Assembly (NCBI RefSeq): GCF_963506605.1
Contig: NC_083282.1
Location: 47,492,001 to 47,556,000 of the forward strand
Length of the DNA: 64,000 nucleotides
Source: Zootoca vivipara
Lineage: Eukaryota
Reading direction: 5' to 3'
Below are positions 33,595 to 42,800 of this stretch, one piece after another (position 1 is the first letter of the stretch; the number at the start of each line of letters is the position of its first letter). A model generated the notes under the pieces. It was not told where the DNA came from. It saw nothing but the letters and a program-made list of their open reading frames with translations, and made no database searches. Both the position numbers and the translations under genes were made by a program.

Positions 33595-36404
33595 TCAGTC
33601 AAAGCTTTCTTCTTTACGAGCAAGGATATCCAAAGGAAACAAGAATGAATTCAAAGGGCAGATACCCAGAGTCCTCCAGTCCATGGTAGAGGCAGAAGTT
33701 GCATCATCTTTGGAAGTGGTAGGAGAACTACTACTCCCCTCCTGTTGTTGTAAGCCACTAGTAGCTGGCTGCACATGTGGAAATAGCTCCCCATTATTGT
33801 TTACAGGCTGGTTGCCCTCTTTCATTCTGCTTCTTTCACCTTTGTAGTGGGTGTTCAACTCTGTGTAACATTTGTGCATGTGACTCTTCAGCTTCTTAAA
33901 GTCCAGAAAGCCCAGCTCTTCTGGCAGTGACAGTAGCAAATCTAGGACCACAGCTGACTCTGCAGAAAGCAAGCAAAATGTATGAGGAGAGTGGCTACAC
34001 TCACTTTGGCAGAAACATACCTAGGATTTTTATTACCTCCTCCTCTCCAGTTACAGATTCTGAAACGTCACCCTGCCTCCAACAGGTGTAACAAATGAAG
34101 CAGTAAATTTTATCACATTAACAGCTAAGCTATTTTAGATTTTTAGAAATTACATCTTAGAGGTTAAGGATAACTTTCTATATGAGAAGTTTTAGTTTAA
34201 GAACTGGAAATCTGATGAGAACCTTTTATCTGTTTTACATTATATGACAAGTTGCTGCTTCCTCTCACCTAGGAAAACACTCCCTGTCTCCAAGCTCATG
34301 GGCCACTCGTATTTTCACTGGGGGGTGGGGAGAAACATAACAATTCCCTTCTGAAGTGTTTTCCTTAGTCCCCAAAATCCCACCCATCATCCACAACAGT
34401 AACCTCAAAGGTTACCCAACTATGCCCAGCAAGGTGGTTGTTGCTTTTAGCAGCACTAAATATGTTGGACGTTTTGGCAGAAGTACAGTTTTTGGCAGGA
34501 CACATAGTGTTTCCAGTCCTAGGGGATGCTCCATTTCTGGGAAGCATTTTTAAGATTTAGTATCCAGCCCTTCAGCTGAAATAGAACTCCACAGCACATG
34601 ACAAAAATGGCACAATAAAGAAAAAGCAACAGAATAAAAAGGAAGGGATGGAATGATTGCAAATAAAGCTCAATAAGGCAGCTTCCTTAAGGAGAAATGT
34701 TTTTGCTTGGCACCAAGAATACAGTAGGTATGCTGTAATAGATGTCTTGGTTACATGGAGTCACATTCCAGTGCAGAAACATTTCTTCCACTGAAGGAAA
34801 ATAGCAAGAACCTCTGCATTTTGAGATTTTAAGTACAAACCCTATCTACATGTAGCCATGTGCAGGGGCAAATCAAAATACATTCAACTGCATATATGAT
34901 TTTTAAAACTCAGGTTTCTCTGGGAAGAAGGTTTATGTCTATCTTTTATCACTACAATGGTGTAGTACACTGTAGTGGGATACAACTGAAGGCATAGTTC
35001 CCTTAGAATTATGAAATGTTGCATAGTAGCTGCCTGTTATTTAAATTCATCTTGGTCAAACACAAACTCTGACTTACCACCTGGTGGGAGTTCAGGTGCC
35101 TTACAGCCACGTGAGATCACAGAAAGGTACTTGTAGATCTTTTCAAAGTCCACATGGAACCCACTGTTTTCTGCAGGGGCCATTTCCTCTACATTTGATG
35201 ATACAGTTGGTTCATGAGATTCTTCGTTGGATTTCCTACTCTCAGTATTAAGATTTTGGGATGAACATTGAGAATTCTTTATCACCACTGACTTTGGAGG
35301 CACGGAATGGAGCAAGGTGAGTGGCTCAGTAGATGCAATTGTCCAAACCTAATGAGTAGAAAAAAAGTCACAAGTATGGACTTCGTATGGCAAGCAGTCA
35401 GGGATTCTCTAGTAAACCAAATACATTTCCCAGCATTAAATCTGTCTGAAAAGCTATACAAGAACCAAGAGAACCAGTGACAGAGTCATGTATTTCAGAG
35501 ACATTTTGTCAGATGGAGACATGAAGATATCTTAAATTACTGCATCAAGAACAATATCTATCTTATTAAGATCATGGAAAAGGTTACCTGGGAAAAAGCA
35601 GTTGCCACAGCATCTTCAAGGGGACCTGTCAATTTCTCAGCTAACTCTGTCCATATCTAAAAAAAGGAAGTGTCAGTTGTGTGAATAGTCCTTAGCTTAT
35701 GTTGTGCCATATCACATTACCTACACTTTTAAAACTCTCATACCTCAATAGGTGCTGGAATAGGAGCATCCTTCTGTTTACGCTGGCGATACTGATATTG
35801 TTCCTTGACTGCCTCCTTTGCCACACGCTCTTTCAGGTGCTCCACAAATGCCATGATCTGCAAGAGCAGCACATCTTAGGGGACATACATGCAATGTTTT
35901 GGGGAAGACAGTACAGTATCCTACTTTCTGAAGACATAAAAACTGGATATTTCTTCAAGGCAGAAAGTTTGCAATTACTCTCCTTTAACTAGGATTTGCC
36001 AGTATGAATGTGTAGTAGGATTAAAAAAGCATAGGTCTCTCCCAATTCATCCCTTAAGATTTATCTGCCAAGGCCACCTAACTCTCGTGGCTGACCAGAG
36101 ATGGAGTCCTCATCTCCAAACCCTGCATGGTGGCCATCAGTCTGCCAACTCGTGGGCTTGTTGGGAAGCTCACAGCCCGGCCAAGTTCGAATCCTGCCCT
36201 CCACCACGTGGCCACGCCTCAACCCACCTCTTCTTCATCCCTCCAAGGCAGGTACTTCTTCAACAGCTCGGGCCGCAGCGGACCCTGGCAGTGAGCTCTC
36301 AAGGCCCGAAGAAGGCGTCGCTTTTCTGGGTCCGTCCAAGCCTGGCTCGTGGGGACCATCCTGTAGCGAGCAGGGGTTGAACGCTGCCTGGAAGGCGGCT
36401 TCAT
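33595..36404 (-). CDS. SNAPC2: snRNA-activating protein complex subunit 2 (SNAP45), 331 aa, 5 exons
   Basis: Exons 36228-36404 (MKPPSRQRSTPARY...WTDPEKRRLLR), 35744-35857 (LKERVAKEAV...PAPIE), 35588-35656 (WTELAEKLTGPLEDAVATAFSQ), 35078-35348 (TIASTEPLTLLHS...VDFEKIYKYLS), 33595-33959 (ESAVVLDLLLSLPEE...GICPLNSFLFPL, TGA); 996 nt, phases consistent; matches recalled SNAPC2. Confidence 0.93.
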
Positions 36405-36789
36405 GGCGCTGAGAAGAGAAAACAACAAGAAGTTAAGAACCTAAGAGGAGAAAACACGCCCAGGGGTGTCAATTGCAACCCGTCCAGCACCTATTCTCTT
36501 TCCCCTCACCTCTGTCCACCCGTTCCTGGCTTCTACGACGACACAACGCTGCTCGATACCTTCCGGTAGTCCTCACCCCAAACGCAACGCCGCCTAGTTT
36601 GCGAAAAACCGTTGCTTCTAGGTTGTCGCAATCGGATGACGTATAAAATACGCGGACGGTGGCCGCCGAGGACCAGAAACAATCAGAGGCGTAAGCAACC
36701 TTAGCAGCGTCTTCTGACGGGACGGTGGCGGAGATGGGTTCTAGAACGCCTCGACGTCACGAAGGAGCTCTAGGTTGCGTAGCAACCGC
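36405..36789. promoter_or_regulatory. Bidirectional CpG promoter SNAPC2 / ZPBP-like with X-box and CRE-like sites
   Basis: Near-palindromic GTTGCGTAGCAAC (36774-36786); GACGTCA (36753-36759); TGACGT near 36637; CTTCCGG ETS core near 36560; CpG-rich. Confidence 0.65.
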
Positions 36790-36873
36790 ATGGCTCTTGC
36801 AGGGATTCCAGAGACCCCCTCCGTTCTCACGGGGTTCTCTAGAATGGGACAGATCGCCCTTAAGCCTGGCTAC

Positions 36874-39800
36874 ATGTCTTGCTGGTCGTCCGGTGTCGCT
36901 TTGGGGATCCTAGTCCTGTTGCTGTGCGATGGGCCCGGTACGGAGAAGGGTGCTATCGAGGGGCTCCGCTGCAGACGGGTGTCTCCCACGAGAATGTGGT
37001 GGTAGTAGCAAATCAGAGCTGCAGTCGCTTATGGAAAGAGCCAAGGGCACGGTCTCCTAAACGGCTGCCTGTTATACGAATTTATTAATTCAATTAACAA
37101 CGGATGGAATCGCCTCGCAGGCAGCTCAAAAACACAATATTCTGGACCGAAATGGCTCCTTGGATGGGGCTAGAGAGCTGGAGTGAAGTTGAACTTGAGA
37201 CTTCTGAAACCGACTTTGTATATTGCTATCCTGAGGTCTACCAAATGGTGTCAGGAGCAAGATCCTGGCTGGGGTGGGTGGACAGTACAGAGCCACATTG
37301 TACAAAGGTGGCGGTGGGAACAGGATTGGCACCCCATGGAAAAGGGTGGTTCAGCAGGCAGAATTACCTGTACTACCCCATAAACCATACACTGGAATAA
37401 ACTGCATACACAAATGAAAATGTAACAATAACTACATCAAGAAATAAATATATAATTAATAATTCAACATCTAAGTTACTGCAGTTTAGGGATTTTAACA
37501 CAGAACTCTAAAACTGGCCAGCAGCAGCCAATAATGCAATCCTATGTGTACTCAGAAGGAAGTCCTGTTGAATTTACTAGGGCTTTCCCTTGGGTATGGT
37601 GTTAAGATTGCTGCCTACCTTTCAGGTGAGGAACACTGAGGCTGAGAGATAAGTGATTACTACAAAGTCAGCAATGGCAGATATATATATATATGTGTCA
37701 GTTATACTTGCTGTTGTAGAAATACTCTATGTCTTCCTGGGATTTGCCAGTATATTCCAATTTAACTTCCGACTCTCCCTGGTAAAAACACGGGAGCTCT
37801 GGGGTGGGTTTCAGACTGCACAATGTACCATGAAGCTGGGAACTACTGCTTTACGAACACAGAGATCCAGCGGACAAGTCTGTAATGATACTTTCCAAAG
37901 GAGGCATCATGCTGAAGTCTTTGCTCCTTTTCAGGCTGTGGACTTCACCTTGACTTGTCTGACAATGGAACTCCTGCAGGACTGGCACGTGTTAGAAAGA
38001 CAGCTGGAGAGATGGGTGAGAATGTAATAAAGATTAGTTCCATTTAGCTGACACTGCGCTAAGTAAAATAAACAAGCAATAAATGGGGACATCATCTGAT
38101 CAGCTTGATCCACTATGGCCTTGTTTCATCCATCTTCAGTGGCCATCTGATCTGTGCCTTGAATCCATGGCCTTGGCACTGCGCTCTGGCCACCTGAGCT
38201 AGCCAAGTGATATGATCATTGGATTATTTGTGCCCATTAACACAAAGCCCAACCAAGAACCTTGTTTTCCCATTGCCCTGTCACCAATGCCAAATTGATT
38301 CTTCTGATTTATTCATTACTTACTAAATTTAAACCCTGTCCTTCCTCCAAAAAGTGTAAGCCACAGTTCTTCCACCTTCCATTTTATCTTCATGGCAACC
38401 CTATGAGGTAGATTAGGCTGAGAGGTAGTGCCTGGCTCAAGGTCATCTAGGAAGCTTCATGGCCAAGGGAGGATTTAAACCCTGGTCTTCCTGGTTCTAG
38501 GCAGACACGCTAACCATTATACCTGCCTATTTTTTCAGACACCATCTTTGTCCACGTTGGTGCCAAGGAAATTACTATCCCCTGCAAGTCTTCAGAGAAG
38601 GATGCTGTGATTGGTATGAATCCCACCTACAACTGGAGCCTGGAAAACGAAGGTTAGGACTTACTGCTTGTGACTCTAGGACAGGGGTCAGCAAACTTTT
38701 CAGCAGGGGGCTGGTCCACTGTCCCTCAGACCTTGTGGGGGGCCGGACTATATTTTGAAGAAAAATATGAACGAATTCCTATGTCCCACAAATAATCCAG
38801 AGATGCATTTTAAATAAAAGGACACATTCTACTCATCTAAAAACACCAGGCAGGTCCCGCAAATAGCTCAGAGATGCTTTTAAATAGAAGGACACATTCT
38901 ACTCATGTAAAAACATGCTGATTCCCAGATCGTCCGGGGGCCGGATTTAGAAGGCGATTGGGCTGCATCCGGCCCCTGGGCCTTAGTTTGGGGACCCCTG
39001 CTCTAGGATCTCTCAATAGATATCAGGGACAGATGTGTGAGGGAAAGAAGAGGATGGATTACTTGGGAAAAGGCAGCTGTTGGTGTCCCAGGGCTGCCAA
39101 TGTTTTTTTCTAGAATGATCAGCAACAGAGATTTTTTTGCACCTCAAACTGATTTGAACTTTAGCACCCAAGATAATATTTTCCAAGCATTTTATGTTGA
39201 GAATTAGTTTAGTCTTGCCTGTGCCCTCTGTGTCCTTGTGCCTTGGGCAAGAGCCCATGTTGTGTCATTCCTCCCCCTAATGGCTGCTACAGAGAGGCCA
39301 TTGTGTGGCTAAAATTGGGGTGAGTGGGGATTGGGCCATGTGGATTTCATTAAGGAGCCCATCTTCACCTCTTATACCAGTTCAATCACTGCTTGGAATG
39401 AGGCTTGAAGATGCATGAAAAGGTAACTTGCAAACACATTGATGCATCTGTTAAGCTTCCTAGATGTGAAACCAACTTGACCTGAAACTTCCTGCCCAAA
39501 TTAAACTCTCTGGAGAGAGTTCAACAGATTATTGTTCACAACAGGCATATTGGCAAAAACATCAAAACTACTGGAAGTGAAATTGACACAGAGCTCAGCT
39601 TTTTAAGGTTCCTGTTACTTAAAAGTTATGACTGAAGCAAGCTGTGAGACAACTTGCTTTTCCAAACCCAAAACTTGGTTTTAAATAGTAACAGCATGTC
39701 ACAAAATATTGACTAACTGTACCTGCCAATCTAAGCTATCCACATAGCTGCCAAGTTTTCCCTTTTCTCGCGAGGAAGCCTATTCAGCATAAGGGAAAAT

Positions 39801-42800
39801 CCCTTAAAAAAAGGGATAACTTGACAGCTATGAGCTATCCAGTGCATGGTCCCTATAATAAGAAAATACGGTGTAGAACAGGCACCCCCAAACTTCGGCC
39901 CTCCAGATGTTTTGGACTACAAATTCCCATCTCCCCGACCACTGGTCCTGTTAGCTAGGGATCATGGGAGTTGTAGGCCAAAACATCTGGAGGGCCGCAG
40001 TTTGGGGATGCCTGGTGTAGAATGTCAGGATTCAAGAAAGGTATTTTGTGTGGACATTCATGGCATAAGGGCAGCAGAAAAAAATTAGACTCTCTCGATG
40101 CATCCATGTACCCTGTTTCTCATATTTTAAGACATACCCATAAAATAAGCCATAGCAGGATTTTTAAGCATTCAAGGAATATAAGCCATACCCCGAAAAT
40201 AAGACATAGTGATAGGCGCAGCAGCAATGCCGGCCGCGGCAGGAGGAGGAGGAAAAAAATAAGACATCCCTTGAAAATAAGCCATAGTGTGTTTTTTTGA
40301 GGAAAAAATAAATATAAGACATGTCTTATAATATGAGAAACACGGTACTAGGACAGAGACCAATGAGCCTGGAGCCACATGAAGCTATAGAAGTATTAAA
40401 GGACCTCTTGACCTCAGTATTGGTGCCTAAGCTGGTTGAAGCAGAGCATTGTTCTTCTTAGGCTGATTCTGCCCTCTACTTTCAGAAACCCATCCCCTCA
40501 GTGGTGATGCTTCCCTGACTCTACATGATTTTCATACTGATGACAGTGGACTGTATACCTGCACAGTCTCCTACACCATGGATGGCCAGCTCCATACTGA
40601 GACTTTCTATCATACAGTGGTGGGTGAGTGGAGTCCAGATCTCTTAAAGGATAGTGAATCAAAAGAGACTGAACTATTTGACTAGATGGGTGATTGGATG
40701 GAACCAGGAACCATATATTGGGAGAAATGTGGGAGAGGTTTTGGCCTGTGGCCAAACATAGGTGGTTTCTCTCTGTTCTCCTGAGGATCCTGTCTTTCTT
40801 AGGATCTAGGTGTATGCAATTTCTTTCCATTTGAACTTCTTCATAGTGGACATGATGTGGAAGATGTGACTTTTGCCATCTTTTGAGCTCCCATTTTTGT
40901 AGGAGAAGCTGCCTTCCAGATTCCCCTTCCTCTGCCTCTTTTTCCAGGCTACCACATACGGGCAGAGTTGCATGTCCTACTGCTTTTCCAGTGCAACTCT
41001 TGCGATGAGGAATTGACACACGGGTTCCTGAAGACCCTGCGAGAGCATCTGAGCGAGGTGGTGCAGCACCTCCACTGTGAACTTCTGCTTGGCGCCATCA
41101 GCTGCTTCCCCACCATGGAGAAACCCTTGGATGAGTTCAACTTCCAGGTAGAGCTTGAAGGTCAGAGCCAAGAAATTCAGGGTGTTTCTAGAGGATGGCA
41201 GAGGAAGTCAGGATGGCTGGGTTCAGTCACAGTTTGGGGAGGAATTGAGGTTTGGAGCAGGAGAGGCTCATGCAGAAAGGCAGGATTCCACCAGCTAGGA
41301 CTGCCTACTGAAAACACCAGAAGTAAGTGTAGCCTCAGTGTGTGTCTTTGCTGAGAACAGACAGATTTTTGGGTAAAGGTACATTCCTTTGGATTGGCCA
41401 GAGGAACATTTCTTAAGCAGCAAGGGTGGCAATGGATATGTATCATGATCTGGAGGGTTGCGCTAAGTTGAATTAACATAATTAACATGAATTAACTGCA
41501 TTCATGCAAGCATCATATAGTGGATCTATTTTGCCATATCCTGGAATGAGAGTTTGGACTCTGCACTGATGGAAGAGCGAGCCTATTGGCAAAGGGACTG
41601 TAACATATTTGTCATTGTTTTCTAGTATCTCCTTTTGGGAAGGGCTGGGATAAGTTCTGCTCCCCCAAGGCTGATGCACTGGAATTTGATTGTTATAATG
41701 GAGCTGTCTTGAGCAATCTGCAGCAGGTACGTCAGCAAACCTCATCTCTCCCCTACCAGGAAATAAGTTTTCTGGGGTTTTGTACCTGCATACTGTATGT
41801 TGTTGAGCTGCAAAGGGCAACCATGTCTTTAATCTTCTTGAACAAGGCTAATGTGCATTGGTGCACATGGAATGGCTGGGGCTATTTACTTTGAGGCAAT
41901 AAAAGCAAGAACCTCATGTTATGCGTATTTCAAAGAAAGGATGGGTGCTTGCATTCTAGGCATTTACTATGGAATTACCACATTTTGTTCACTCACTCTT
42001 GTGATGACCCTGTCATCAGATTCTTATCCTTCTCTGTTTCCCTTGCACTGTTTTCAGAAAAAAAGATCAATAACAAAAAGCAGGACCCGCCCCCCCCAGT
42101 CTTCCTTCCCCCACTCTTGAACCACCCTATGCATTTCCCTACAGGCTGAGGAAGCAATAACCCTATTCATGGAGAACAACAAACGTTTCCCCTTGGGAGA
42201 GTCACCCACTTCCCGCACCTCCTTCGTCAACACCTTTGTCAACTTCCTGGAGGGTGGAACATGCCTGGAAGGTTATGGACAGAACCCGGAGCTACAGGCA
42301 CGCTGTCCCGACTGCTGTAGTGAGTGGAGCAGGTGATCCATGAGCTGCTGCCTCATCCCTCCTCAGACGCTGCCTCTGGTCCCATAGGCTGCAGTGTTTG
42401 TTCACGCCACTGGGAAGCCTCTCGCCACATTTGTTCTTAGCTGTCATCCCAGCCTTTGCAAACCCAATGCCTTCCAGAAGTTTTGGAACACAACTCCCAC
42501 CAGCCCCAAAACATATGGAGAGCACTGGGTTTGTAATGGCTCTCTTCTCTCTACCTTCCCTTCCTCTAGAGCAGGCACCCCCAAACTGCGGCCCTCCAGA
42601 TGTTTTGGCCTACAACTCCCATGATCCCTAGCTAACAGGACCAGTGGTCAGGGATGATGGGGATTGTAGTCCAAAACATCTGGAGGGCCGAAGTTTGGGG
42701 ATGCCTGCTCTAGAGCAGTGTTTCACAACCTTGGGTCTCCAGCTGTTTTTGGACTACAACTCCCATCATCCCTAGCTAGCAAGACCAGTGTTCAGGGATG

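Noticed and set aside
34365-34547. Short ORF in SNAPC2 intron 4
   Set aside because: Not needed for the phase-consistent SNAPC2 model; no homology or clear donor site.
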